The notes under the pieces were generated by a model. That model was not told where the DNA came from. It worked only from the letters and a program-made list of their open reading frames with translations, and did not search any database. A stretch of DNA of 64,000 nucleotides from Octopus vulgaris (taxonomy: Eukaryota): contig OX597826.1 in assembly GCA_951406725.2 (NCBI GenBank), positions 31,868,001-31,932,000 of the forward strand, in the 5' to 3' direction. A program made the translations under genes and the position numbers. Positions 24,491 to 37,714 of this stretch are shown here, one piece after another (positions within the stretch are counted from its first letter, which is position 1; each line of letters begins with the position of its first letter).

Positions 24491-24999
24491 GTATGTATGT
24501 ATGTATGTATGTATGTATGTATGCATGTATATATAACGTTTTTGTGTCGAGAATTATTGACAGAAGCAGGCAAAACAAAACAAAACAGGTAAAACGACAC
24601 AGAGTGTGATTCAGGAGGTGGACAAAGACGAACAGTTTATTTCCTCATGTTGCTTTCTGTTGAAGAGCGTAGGCTCGAAATGTAAAAGACTTTCTCACCT
24701 TCCCGAGCGTTAAACTAATAAACGTGCTTAATGTTTACACACCTGTGTTCGTCTTTTGTTTTCCGGTAAATTTCAACGATATATATATAGTAGATTAATA
24801 AAAAGGATGTTCTTGGTACAGTATAATATATTTGAAAAGAATGAGTGGCGGTGGCTTTTTGAGAGATAATCTTTATTCAACATTACCCTGTTAAATTGGA
24901 AAGAAAACAATGCTCCTAACTATACGCGTCAATATGTTTAAAAAATGAGTAAAATTCTCAAACTTTTAATCCTATCAATTGTTATTTTCTTTCTTACAG

Positions 25000-25103
25000 T
25001 TTGACTTAGTATGTGAGAGAAAATGGTTAAAATCCACTTCGCAATCAGTATTTTTCTCTGGTTTTCTTGTTGGATCAATTATACATGGTATTTTATCTGA
25101 CAG
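25000..25103 (+). CDS. Gene B exon 3 (104 bp)
   Basis: [35 protein letters not shown], flanked by AG/GT. Confidence 0.9.
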
Positions 25104-25997
25104 GTAAGAGATTAGAAACATATTACTATAAAATCGAGCGTGTTGTGTTTGAAATAAGGTGAAATTTTCTCCATGCCCTTCTTAAGATGTAACTACTACT
25201 AAACTGTATTAAATGCAGTCGAAATAATCTCCAGTCAGTTTAAATTTGTAACTCATCCTCAGTTATCACTGAATGAATAATGAGAATCACAACTTTATAT
25301 TTCGTGGCACAGACAATTTCGTATTCCATTTCCATATAAGGAACAATTTTACTATCTGGATTGCATTAAGACTCTCAATTTAAGGGATTATATTTCTTTG
25401 AAGCATTTTAAAGAGGGTGCTGGATGTTTTAAGACTTATGCAACAACTTTGATACGGAGATAACAAAACACTGCTTAAACACAGAATTTCAGGAAAATGT
25501 ACTCACTAACTCCTCCGTATTTTAAGTTACAATTGCGATATATTCATGTTCTCATGGAAGAAAGTTTTCAGGAGATATTAAACAATGATATATAAAATAA
25601 TGGAGCAGCTGTATTTAATATATATATATGACAAAATTTACTTGGAAAAGGATAGGTGGCGTTTATATATATTGTAGGAATGAAAACGGAGAAAAATGGA
25701 TGTATGAGTAATTTATTTTTGTATGATATAAAAATTTTTAAAAAAATTTTTAATCATAACAATACTAATAGATTATAAGTTGTAAAGCTCAAAAACTCTG
25801 AAAGAACTTACATATATGTTTCAGTACTTTCCCTTAGTTGAATGGGAATTCTAAGCATTTGGTTAAATGCTAAGAAAGGTATCATTTTCTAACTATATGG
25901 GGGAGAACCTCTTCAGGATGCATCCTTCAAAAGAAGATGTCAATCCAAGTTCTATAAACTCATAACAACCCTGAAGAGGTTCCGCCCCATATAGTTA

Positions 25998-26064
<67 letters not shown>

Positions 26065-26068
<4 letters not shown>

Positions 26069-26287
26069 CAATTAAGGGTTTAGCAACGAGTTGCCTTACC
26101 GCACACCGAATTTAGAAATAGCAGTCAAAGAGATTATAGCTATTTCTTCTACTAAAAGGGAGATCTCAGTAAAAACACAGCATTGAGATCTCCCTTTTAG
26201 TAGAAGAAATAGCTATAATCTCTTTGACTGCTATTTCTAAATTCGGTGTGCGGTAAGGCAACTCGTTGCTAAACCCTTAATTGCTTA
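26065..26287. repeat. Perfect inverted repeat with 104-bp arms and 15-nt loop, copy-1 specific
   Basis: 26065-26168 is the exact reverse complement of 26184-26287; absent at 61235-61282. Confidence 0.95.
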
Positions 26288-26591
26288 GTATTACTTAAAT
26301 TTTCCTCGAATGAGGCTTTTACATGCCGAAGACTACTTGGTGTAATTGATAATTATTCCAAATTAATTAATTTCACCCTTCATTGTTACTTATATATATA
26401 TATATATATATAACAATTTTCTGCACATTAACCCGGAGTTTCTACCCTTGGACAGGTCGCTTCAACCGTGTTTCTGACGTGAATTTGCTACCCTGGTATC
26501 GGTTTATCGAATTTTCCATGTTGACGGTAAACACAGGATAATTCATTCACTTATCGATATATATATATATATATATAAATATATATATGTA

Positions 26592-26712
<121 letters not shown>

Positions 26713-27115
26713 TTATTAAGACTATTTTTGAACTCTGAAGCTGAAAATGATCCATCTATATTACAAAATTAGTTGATTATATATGCTGTGGAATTTACTG
26801 CTGCATCAATTTACCAACAGCTGATACGCCAAGAGCAAGGCGGTGAGCTGGCAGAAACGTTAGCACGTTGTGTGAAATGCTTAGTGGTACTTCGTCTCTC
26901 ATTACGTTCCAAGTTCAAATTCCGCCGAGGTTGACTTTACCTTTCATCCTTTCGGGATTGCTAAAATAAGTACCAATTGAGCAATGGGTCGATGTAATCG
27001 ACTTAAATCCTTCCCCTTAAACTTCTAGCCACGTGCCAAAATTTGAAACCAATATTAAGAAATCTTTTTAATTTCTTAAACAAATAATAATTATTTCATT
27101 TCTTTTTGAATATAG

Positions 27116-27270
27116 ATTTGGTCGGAGACCCATTATATTATTGGCAAGTGTATGCCTAGTTATCTGTGGCGTTAACAAAATCTTCATGCCATCTTTCAGC
27201 ATTTTTCTCATTCTCCACTGGATTCAAGGTTTTGGATATATCGGTATTATGCTTATCGTATACGCATTGG
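27116..27270 (+). CDS. Gene B exon 4 (155 bp)
   Basis: FGRRPIILLASVCLVICG...LHWIQGFGYIG...YAL, flanked by AG/GT. Confidence 0.9.
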
Positions 27271-27286
27271 GTAAGTTTATCTCATA

Positions 27287-27351
<65 letters not shown>

Positions 27352-27495
27352 CCTGTTGCATCTGTACAGGTAATGTCGATTTGATGGAGGGAATTAGATT
27401 ATGTCTACACAAACATTTGATCACTATAAACAAATAATCTGTGTGGTTGTTCGGCAAGAAATTGTCGAACCGTCTAACGATGGGAGAGTACATTG

Positions 27496-27565
<70 letters not shown>

Positions 27566-28080
27566 TAGCTGACGTACCCAGTAATTCCCGGGAAAGCGGG
27601 GCTTATCTCTTGGTTCCGTTCTCATAATTGTTTCGCCAATCAAATAACAACAATACAAAGTATGTAGCCCTTAAAACGGCTTTTGTGCATTTACAGAAAA
27701 TACAAAACTGTCTTACACAGGATCTTGTTTTTAGGAATTCTCAATAAGTTATGAATACTCAAATTGTGAAGTCAGTTATGTAATAACATGAAATTACTTA
27801 TCCGATGGTCAGAATTAAAGTAAAGTAGCCCCGAAAAGTGCTTTAATGCGTTCCCAGATTATATAGAACATATGAGGAAATACTAGTAAGGCATGTATAC
27901 TAAAATCTTGAAGCATGTTACGTAATAACAGGCTAATCAGATATGAGATAATGACAATTCAAAGTAAATAATTCTGAAAAGGGCTTTTGTGCGTTCGCAG
28001 AGAATATTATTACCCTTAGTGGTGCTAGTGTTGGTATATTCGTGAATATACCACTAACCGAAATAAGTGGATCTATTGTT
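27566..28080 (-). mobile_element. Old Helitron-like element with internal repeats (duplicate ~62328-62850)
   Basis: Minus-strand 3' end CCCGGGAATTACTGGGTACGTCAGCTAA; three GCTTTTGTGCG/ATT-like internal repeats. 5' end not defined. Confidence 0.4.
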
Positions 28081-28104
28081 TAGGAAAATACTATTTACTT
28101 GTTT

Positions 28105-28595
28105 AAGGGTTGTACTGGATAAATTGCGAAAATAACTCAGTTATTTTCGCAATTTATCCAGACTCATCGCGGGGACCTACATCAAGTGCCTGGAGGAGGT
28201 AGTGCTGCACTGGGCCAAGAGGGTGGAACACAGTTATGGCTGTCAGACAATTTTTGCAACAACATCTCCCCTAACATCTGGCCACCTAACTCCCCACACT
28301 GGAAATCCTTTGATTACTATGTGTGGAGTGCATTGAGTGAGAGACCAACAAAACTCCTTGTAACAGTAAATAGGAACTGAAGGCAATGAGACCCTCCAGA
28401 GAGTTGCAGGAGATTCCAAAGTTGTTTGGAGGCCGTGGTTGAGGCCAGTGGCGATTTTATTGAATAAATTTACTCTTTAGTATTTCAAAATATTTTTATG
28501 TAATTTTGGTAAATGCATCTGTTAAAACGAGACGTCAGTGTTATTTTCATTTTTGCGTAATTTAGACGACAATTTATTCACCGTACAATGTGTAT
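28105..28595 (+). mobile_element. Tc1/mariner-superfamily remnant (duplicate 62868-63357)
   Basis: WPPNSP.W..FDYYVW resembles WPxxSPDxNPxDY; degenerate TIRs GTACTGGATAAATTG / CAATTTATTCACCGTAC. Confidence 0.7.
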
Positions 28596-28806
28596 ACACA
28601 CACATATACAAAAGTGTTGCGTTCCTATTACTTTTATTCAAACCAAGCCAAACCAATATATAATGTTCACAATATAATTATCATATTAATATATCATTGA
28701 ACTCTCATCATATATTCCAAAGTTTGAACAATTAGAAAGCTGACATTTTAATGCAGTGTCACAATAAATATATATTTGAGCCTCCTTGCCCAGTCCCTGT
28801 ATCCAT

Positions 28807-28852
<46 letters not shown>

Positions 28853-28924
28853 TAGAATATATTTTTCAAATTTGTAATTATAGGAATATGCAAATTATAT
28901 TTATGCTGTAATCTTTTTTCTTAG

Positions 28925-29093
28925 CTCTGGAGCTTATGTCTCCCAAACAGCGCGAACACCTCAATTTTTGTTATGCAACCGTGTACAGCATTGCTGCGAT
29001 ATTTGTAACAGGATTCGCCTATGCCATATCCGACTGGCGTTATTTAGAATTGACAGTGTGTCTCCTGCCTATAACCAACTTTTTCATTTGGGT
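28925..29093 (+). CDS. Gene B exon 5 (169 bp)
   Basis: ALELMSPKQREHLNFCY...YAISDWRYLELTVCLLPITNFFIW, flanked by AG/GT; absent from the ORF track. Confidence 0.9.
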
Positions 29094-29355
29094 GTGAGTT
29101 AAGTATATTTCGTTCTGCTATATTTCATTGTTAATATTAATTTCTGTGTTTACAACAAATGTACTCTCTTGACATTGACCTATGTTGAAAGATATATCAT
29201 AATTATTTCATTATTTCTATTATTCACAGCAACCATACTATAAATATGCCTTTGCTACAATATTATATATTATCCAAGAATTGCTCTCCTATCCATGTTT
29301 TAAGAAAACAATGTGATACTACAATAACATTTGAATTAAACGAGTGAATGTGTTT

Positions 29356-29415
<60 letters not shown>

Positions 29416-29696
29416 GTATGTATGTATATGTATATAATTGAAACTATATTTTCAAATCTGATATATTATACCTTTCCACCAGCTCTACATTTCCTCTGTA
29501 AAGCATTTATTTTGATAGAGCTTTTCCATTGAAAGACACATAGCTGTTTGCTTTTACAATTGCATTCAAGCTAACCGATGCTACAGGATCATGTTTTAAA
29601 GGGGAAAGTTGAAAGAAGCTTCTTGTCGCATCTCAGAGCAAAGAAATATAAACTTACTTTACTCTGTGACGCAATAATATATATATATCCCTATGA

Positions 29697-29876
<180 letters not shown>

Positions 29877-30249
29877 ATTATAGTTTCAACAACAGATATT
29901 GTTAGCATACAGATGATACACGAGAAAGCTAGAAGCCTGAACACTTTAGACCTGGAAAATATTTAAGCTAGAAGTTGATTTCTACAAGCACTTAATGCAA
30001 AGTCTTTACCCCATGTAGAATTTTTCATTTCAGTTATGTGTATAGTAAGTGAAAAAGGAACCACTTACAAACCTAATACATAAAACCTAACGAATATTTA
30101 ACACTTAACGTGGTTTTGGTACAAAGTCAAAAAAGAAAAACTAGGGACTTTTAAGTTTGTGCATTACCTCCCCTCCTTTGTGACACTTTGACAGAGGTTA
30201 TTTGTACCCGAAACATATTAGTATTATTAGATTTTTTTAAAGGTAACAA

Positions 30250-30780
30250 TTAATGTTTTGCTCTCCTTTCTATTACTCTCCCCGGATTGCATTTATGTGG
30301 CTTCCATGGCTATGTTCAGACTGTTGCTGAAGCAACTGCGGATCTGGATCGGTTCTGTTAGCCGGCAGGATTATCCAGAAGTGGTGGAAAGAGACCAGTT
30401 AGTCTTACCCTCTATCCCTGGACTAGAAGTAGATGCCTCATTTGGGACACCACAGTCTGCAACTCCTTTGCACTCTCCCACATCCTAGATGCTGCAGTAA
30501 ATGGACGGGTCGCTGCTTCCGTAACCGAATGGAACAAAACTCTGAGGTATCGGGACCTGATATAGAACTATCGTTCGGAGGGATTGGGGCCACTAACCAC
30601 GAAATGCTTGTCATTATTGGCCCGTGGTAATGCTGCGAGAATACTGGCTTGTTTCAATAGGATCCGTTGAATCTTGTGGCAAGCGACCAATTCAAGTATT
30701 TGGCACTGCATTGTTTTTTTAATATTTTTATTCCCCACATATGGTTTTATCAGAAAGATTTGCAATAATTAGAAAAAGTT
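30250..30780 (-). mobile_element. Possible CRE-like non-LTR retrotransposon remnant
   Basis: GC-richer island with weak SWL..P and GK.PDG-like traces; highly decayed. Confidence 0.3.
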
Positions 30781-30940
30781 AATTAAAGAATTTGCCAGCA
30801 AAATCTTATAAAATGACAATGTTCTAAAAGATGTACATTTAAATGGAAATAAAATCCTTTACGTAAACTACAATCGATGCATAATATTCCATTTTCAGAG
30901 GTAGTTTTTTTAAGCATCTACTCTTATAAATCTTTTACAG

Positions 30941-31231
30941 TCATCTCCCTGAATCTCCAAGATGGCTCATTGAAAGAAAACGGTTTGTCGAAGCAGAAGC
31001 ACTTTTCCGAAAAATAATGAAGAAAAATAAAATTCAAAATCAAGAGGTGTTAGATATTTTTAGGAATAATGAGGAGAATGAGGAAGAGGAGGAGAAGACT
31101 TCATACAAGAATATTATTCAAGAACATGCATGCGAAGAAAAAGTTTTACCCAAGCAAAAGACTTATCTTTTCATTGATCTATTTAAAACATCGTTCATTG
31201 CATTAATCACACTTAATATTTGCTTTGGCTG
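30941..31231 (+). CDS. Gene B exon 6 (291 bp)
   Basis: HLPESPRWLIERKR...NNEENEEEEEK...FIDLFKT...CFGW; 8 codons longer than in A. Confidence 0.9.
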
Positions 31232-31378
31232 GTAAATATTTCTTTAATAATCTTTTCTGTTTCGGACTGCATAAATTTATTGCTAGACGAACTGGTAATT
31301 ATTCTAAATTAAACTGCATCAGGTTGCATAGAGTTATAAATATATCTGAATAACATGTCATAATATCCCAGATGTTTT

Positions 31379-31602
31379 AAGGCGGCGAGCTGGCAAAAAC
31401 GTGAGCACGCCGGGGGGAATGCTTAGCGGTATTTCGTCTGCCGTTACGTTCTGAGTTCAAATTCCGCCGAGGTCGACTTTGCCTTTCATCCTTTGGGGGT
31501 CGACAAATTAAGTACCAGTTACGCACTGGGGTCGATGTAATCGACTTGATCCCCTTGTTTGTCCACTCTATGTTTTATCCCTTGTGGGCAATAAAGAAAT
31601 AA
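31379..31602 (+). mobile_element. Octopus OK-type tRNA-derived SINE (other copies ~7523-7720, 20230-20450, 26837-27050, 51775-52170, 61658-61870; minus strand 21965-22150)
   Basis: AAGGCGGCGAGCTGGCA...GAGTTCAAATTCCGCCGAGGTCGACTTTGCCTTTCATCCTTT repeats many times in the window. Family name recalled from memory. Confidence 0.85.
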
Positions 31603-32049
31603 GGATATCACAGGTGTTGGTTATTTAGAATATACACTCACTACCGCTACATAAGCAGGATATTCACTGTTTATGGTGATCCATAGTTAATAGGATATGC
31701 CACTGAGAAATATATGCTAATGTTACGGACACAAAACAGTGTGTATGATGAAATATAAACTAACGAACTTGACCTTCATATCAAGAAGAATCGGATAAAT
31801 GCGAGTCATAAATATATGAAAGTCGGCAGAAAAATTCATAAACTAACCAAAATATTCTCAAGGAATGTAACCAAATGAAGTTTACTTTTCAACATAATCC
31901 CCTTTGCGATTCACATAATTCTTCCATCGGTGTTTGATTCAGAAATATATCTAAAATATTTTCTATTTTAATATAGATGTATCTTTCCGATTTACATACA
32001 GATGTAAATAACATGTTTGATTATGTAATATGTAGTTGTTATTTTACAG

Positions 32050-32256
32050 GATGGTCTGCAGTATGCTATACTATGGTGTATCTCTTAATTCAGTTGATAT
32101 GGCTGGAAACCGCTACTTAAACTTCCTGTTAATGCATGTCGTGGAGTATGGTAACTTCTTACTATTTGTGTAAACGCTTTGGTCATCGAAAACCTACTAC
32201 GTTTTGTATGATGTTTAGTGGATTGAATTGCATTGTGTCAAATTTTGTAACCAAAG
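32050..32256 (+). pseudogene. Gene B exon 7, frameshifted (207 bp)
   Basis: MVCSMLYYGVSLNSVDMAGNRYLNFLLMHVVEY, then a frame shift. The homologous YYLCKRFGHRKP...FVTK continues in another frame; premature TAA at 32171. Confidence 0.85.
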
Positions 32257-32570
32257 GTATTGTATATCATACATTTTATAATTTATACGAGATTAATCTC
32301 ATTAGGTTTAACTTATATAAAATTTAATCGAAGTATTCTTTTTTATTTACGCTAATACTTATTTCATTTTATATTACAGTTTATCATACATAAGATATGA
32401 ATATTTTTTTAAAATTTTAGATGTTTATAACGAAAATTATATTTGTCTCACTACTGCTAATTAAGAGCCATAATACAGACATCTACAATGGATTAATTAT
32501 AATTAATCCAAAAGTCAGATCATAGATCACAAAATGTTTGCGTTATCTAACCTTGCATTTTATATTTCAG

Positions 32571-32679
32571 GTTCATTCTGGTTTCCTCTGATCCTGGTTA
32601 TTCTGGGAAAGTTTGGAATCGCAGCTGCTTTTGCTTCAGTGTATCTTTTATCAGCAGAAATATTCCCAACAGTTGTTAG
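32571..32679 (+). CDS. Gene B exon 8 (109 bp)
   Basis: SFWFPLILVILGKFGIAAAFASVYLLSAEIFPTVVR, flanked by AG/GT. Confidence 0.88.
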
Positions 32680-34770
32680 GTAAGTAGCATCCAGACATCT
32701 TTTTGTCACAGTTACATATAATCAAGATGGTAACGTTTCAGATTGTTAGTGGTGTGCAGCCTTCAGTTGCTGTATTGTTGTAACTGTACAAACACATGTT
32801 TATCCTTCAACAATTAATTTCACTGAATTTTCACTGTATCGATCTGGTTACATTTGAGACCAATTTCTTAAACTTCGCTGACAAAATATTCATATAAAAC
32901 TTCAATAATATTTGAAATCAGCGCGTAAGGTATTGAAACAAATTAAATTGACCGATATATTCTACCTCTCAACTACTACTTAATCCAGCTTCTCAACCAC
33001 ATTGTTCTGTGTGGCACCTTGGGCAAGTGTCTTCTACTTTAACCACGGACTGACCAAAGCCTTGACAGTAGATTTGGTAAATGGAAACTGAAAGAAACCC
33101 GTCGTATATATGTATATGTGTGTGTGTGTACTTTTGCGTCTGTGTTTGTCCCACTATTACTACTTGACAACCAGCGTTGGTGTGTTTGTGTCCCCGTAAC
33201 TTAGCGGTTCGGCAAAGTATTCACAGTTTATGCTCCCTTATGTAAAAAAAAAGAACAAATAATGAACCAAAGACTTCAAAAACGAACCAACTTTTAGAAT
33301 TATATTTGCTGGAATAAAGTAATGAATTTCCAAACTAATTTCATGATTGGGTATTGAGTTTCTGAAATCTAAGTATTACGGAAATACTACATTTAAAGGG
33401 TGGAGGCACATAGCCTAGTGGTTAGAGCAGCGGAATCGCTATCGAGCGTTCGAATCTCAGACCGGGCGATGTGTAAGTTTATGAGCGAAACACCTAAGCT
33501 CCACGCGGCTCCAGCAGAAGGTAATGGCGAATTTCTGCTGAGTCTTTCGCCACAACTTTCTCTCACTCTTTCCCTCCTGCATCTTGCATTTCACCTGAGA
33601 CGGGCCGGCGTCCGGTCCAGGTGGGGAACCTATACGCCTGGCGTATAGGTTCCCCATCTATATGACCCAGGCGTGGCTCGAAAGGGAACAAACAACACAT
33701 TTAAAGGAAGTCATAGAACAAACAAAAGGAGAAACAGTCAAGTGGTTTTACATTGTAAAAACTTGTGCCCTTTTAAATTTTGATGTTGTGTCTCCAATAA
33801 TATTGATACAAGTTCCACAGTTAGAATGGCCAGACATTTCAACTGTTCGATTTGAGTCTCAAGATGCTAAGTAGATTTTAGGGGTTTTGGTCGTAAGTTA
33901 ACGGATAACGATCTGAGCCCCATTCTCTCTATAAAAACAATGGTCCGTCAAGATACAGTATGCGAGGCAACTGCACAAAGTAGACATTTTTGAAAATGAC
34001 ATGTGAAACCGGTCAGATGTGTGTGTTTATAATGTAAGTATTCGTCATAGATTCTTAGTGCATGTTCAACTTATATATATATATATATGTATGTATACAC
34101 AAATAGTTTTCGTCAACTGAAGTAAAGTAATAGGTATGTACTATGAATGGTCAATTTGGTTTACCTCTTGAACTGCAACTTAAGAATGTAGTATTGACAT
34201 TGCCTATCGTCGAAGGTAGCTAGAAGTGGTTTCTCCTCGAGCAGGGAGATATAGATTAAAGTAGAAATTAAAAAGGCAAGACATCTGGCATCATTCGAAA
34301 AAGAATTCAGTTTGATTTAGATTGAGAATATAAACAGATACAGTGTCTTACAGCTGTTTCTAGAACAGTGAAGCACGTAGATCATGATACTGAATAAGGA
34401 TTGCGTCGTCAGAGCGGAAGAACTTAGTATAAACATGAAGAAAGATCAGTATAAAGATGAAGAAATATCCTCAGGATATTTCGACAAACTGGTGAGTACT
34501 AATATCCTTGATTGAAGATATTTCTTCGTCTTTATATTTTTCTGACTTCTCTCCCTCTGTGTGTCTCTCTCTTCGATGAAGGAGTACTTAGCTTATGGAA
34601 TTCCTTACTGAATATCATGATCCACATGCCTGATTATTATAGAAACATATGTAATAGGCTCTATCTATTTATATTCTCAATCTAAATGAAATAGAATACC
34701 TTTTCGAGAGATGCCGAATGATTCGCTTTTTCATTTTCTTTTAATCTATCAAGCTAACAATGTATGTATG

Positions 34771-34828
<58 letters not shown>

Positions 34829-35357
34829 TGTGTATGTATCCAGTTGAGGCATATGGCTTAATGACTAGAGCCTTGCACGGCGTTTCGTCCGTCTTCACGC
34901 TCTCAGTTCAAATTCCACCGAGGTCGATTTTGCCTAACCTTTTTTGGGGGGCGGGGGAGCGATGAAACGTACCAGTTGAACACCGCAATCGGTGTGATCG
35001 ATTTACTCACTCACTGATCCTCATATATTATTGTCATCAATTTTATCAAACATTTCACACTTCATCCTTTCTTATTGCTGAAAAGTTAATTATTTGAATT
35101 TACATGACTATTTTATGTTGTTTTTTTTTTTTTGCGGCGGATGTCCTATCGCTAGAGAAAGTTTTTCTGTACATTCACTTTCCTTTAAATGTTTAATTTT
35201 ATTTTATTTACCATAAACAATTGTGAAACCACTATGGTATTTAATAAATTTGTAAGATATTTTCAAAGCTACAGTTCGTTTTGAGACCTAGATATTTTTT
35301 CCCAAAATTAATTCTCCTATATTTTTACTTACACATATAAATACATATGTGTATGTA

Positions 35358-35463
<106 letters not shown>

Positions 35464-35820
35464 ACTATCTATCTGTCTATCTAACTATCTGTTGTAAAGC
35501 GGTTTTTTGCCTCTGTTGTATCTGTCTTTTGACGACGGTTGTCGCTCTGACAGATTTTGTTATATTCCGAAATCATCGATAGAATAGTTCTATCTGGCAC
35601 TGTACAACCCCCAGTCGTAACAGTATTTTATCCTCAAAAGATTAGATCGTTATAACGTCCACTCAGTATCACAGTATAATTACTATATCAGCACAGATAC
35701 TACTATCAACACAATCCACACGTACTCTCGACCTTCCTGTGTCGACCGGCTACTGCTCTATCTATAATGGCTATCTACTACTACTTTTCACCGGGAGGGG
35801 TGTACAGTTTGACTATACAG

Positions 35821-35905
<85 letters not shown>

Positions 35906-36067
35906 TATATAAGAGGTTTTCAAAATTTTTTTAAAAACCTGATATATGTCTGTGTAATACTTTTAGAAACCAATTTGTTATCTAAATCTCATTTTTATAG
36001 AACTTTCCATGATGTTTCACGAGTGTAACATCACCCCCTTTGATGTTTGGGAATCTCAGATGTTTTT

Positions 36068-36152
36068 TCGGCTGATGAGTACGAGTCACCTATATTTACT
36101 GCAATTTTTGTAGCCTTATTAAAGATGTCTTCGTACGAAACAATTGTACCGA
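36068..36152 (+). ncRNA. Type I hammerhead ribozyme in gene B intron 8 (sense strand)
   Basis: UCGG-CUGAUGA-GUACGAG...UUCGUAC-GAAAC-AAUU-GUA^CCGA, inside a ~270-bp cassette bounded by (TA)n. Confidence 0.82.
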
Positions 36153-36180
36153 TATATTGATCCATTCGTGTTGCTTTTTT

Positions 36181-36216
<36 letters not shown>

Positions 36217-36475
36217 ATGTATATCTGAGTATCTTTTTCTGTATATGCATATATGTATATATGTATAGCTGAAAAATAAAACGCTATTTTACAGTGTGGA
36301 GATGGACAATATTTATTAGATAATTTCTCAGTACTATTGATTAATTAAGGATTATTGATTCTTCATTGTGTTCCCTACATGCCTATGTGTATATTGAATT
36401 ATCTATATATAGTAAAGGGGCATCGAATCCAACTCAAAATAACTGTATACTAATCTCCACTTTTCTTCTTTTCAG

Positions 36476-36689
36476 AGCAAACGGCTTAGGTGTTGCGTCA
36501 GTATCGGCCCGCATTGGTGGCATAATTGCACCCTTTATACTTCAGCTGTCAGCCTATATAAAATGGCTTCCTCTAAGTATTTACGGTGTCCTTTCAGTTA
36601 TGTCCGGCATGCTGTTGCTCTTACTGCCAGAACCAAAGGATAAAGACTTGCCGCAAACATTTGAAGATCTGGACAACTGGAAGACCTGA
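36476..36689 (+). CDS. Gene B exon 9 (terminal)
   Basis: ANGLGVASVSARIGGIIAPF...LLPEPKDKDLPQTFEDLDNWKT*. Confidence 0.88.
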
Positions 36690-37164
36690 TAATGAGATAA
36701 TATACGAAGTAGTTACAGTGATAACATAATAGGGAATAGTTTGTTTGATTAAATATGCTGGAGAATTTTACTTTCAAATTTTGTCCACACTGATATATTG
36801 CAACAAATAAATTTGAGAAGAAAATTCAAACAATTTTGTGTTGACTTAAAACATTTCTCCATTCAACAAATCAAATGTTGATAGAGGTTGACAAAGCACA
36901 ATGTCACATTTTGCGTTCGTCAGTCGAAGTTCATATGACTAATACTAACGATAAGGTTTTTTTTTTTCAAACTTAACATTGATATTGTGTATCTTATCAA
37001 ACTAATATGAGTGAATCTGTTGGTAGAATTCGGACCATGAAAACCGAAAATATATATATAATATTATGATTCCTTCCTATGTTTTATCATCTCTTGCAAG
37101 TAGCCATCTTTATATGGTTCTTCTATTAATAACTATATCTTTGATTTATACACACACACACACG

Positions 37165-37201
<37 letters not shown>

Positions 37202-37714
37202 GGGATGAATTAGAGAAATGGTTTGAACATCATTCTTATTTCAAATCACTGCAGTTGTTTCCACACATCGTTAGGCCTGTAGTACATTGGTGAGATCATA
37301 TAATTAAAATCTTGTGTAATCTCTATCATCAGTGAAAGGTGTAAAATTTGCATCTTCGAGAGATTATTTTTGCATAAATCCTTTGTTAGGCCGTTCTGTC
37401 GTTTTTTAACTCTTATGAGAACGAATATCCAAAGCAGTGTGCTATTTTCAGCAATTTGCAAGCAAAAATAATCCCATAGATATAGTGACAGACAAAATAC
37501 ACGTTTAATCAAAATACAAAATACAGAAATAAAGAAACAGACACAGAAGCCATCTACCTCAAGTGAATTGTAAACTACAATTCTATATTTTTGGTGAGAT
37601 TATAAGGAAGAAAAATAAAAGTAGAATGAAGAATAAAATTAGAGAAAATAATGTGATAAATAGTGACCGTTTCTGAGCTTATCAACTATTTACTAGAAAG
37701 TGAATCGAAAAGGA

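Noticed and set aside
24652-24700. Hammerhead-like TTGAAGAGCGTAGGCTCGAAATGTAAAAG (also CTGAAGAGGTC...GATCAAAAC at ~17361)
   Set aside because: Core nucleotides and stems are too degenerate to call; probably decayed PLE ends.
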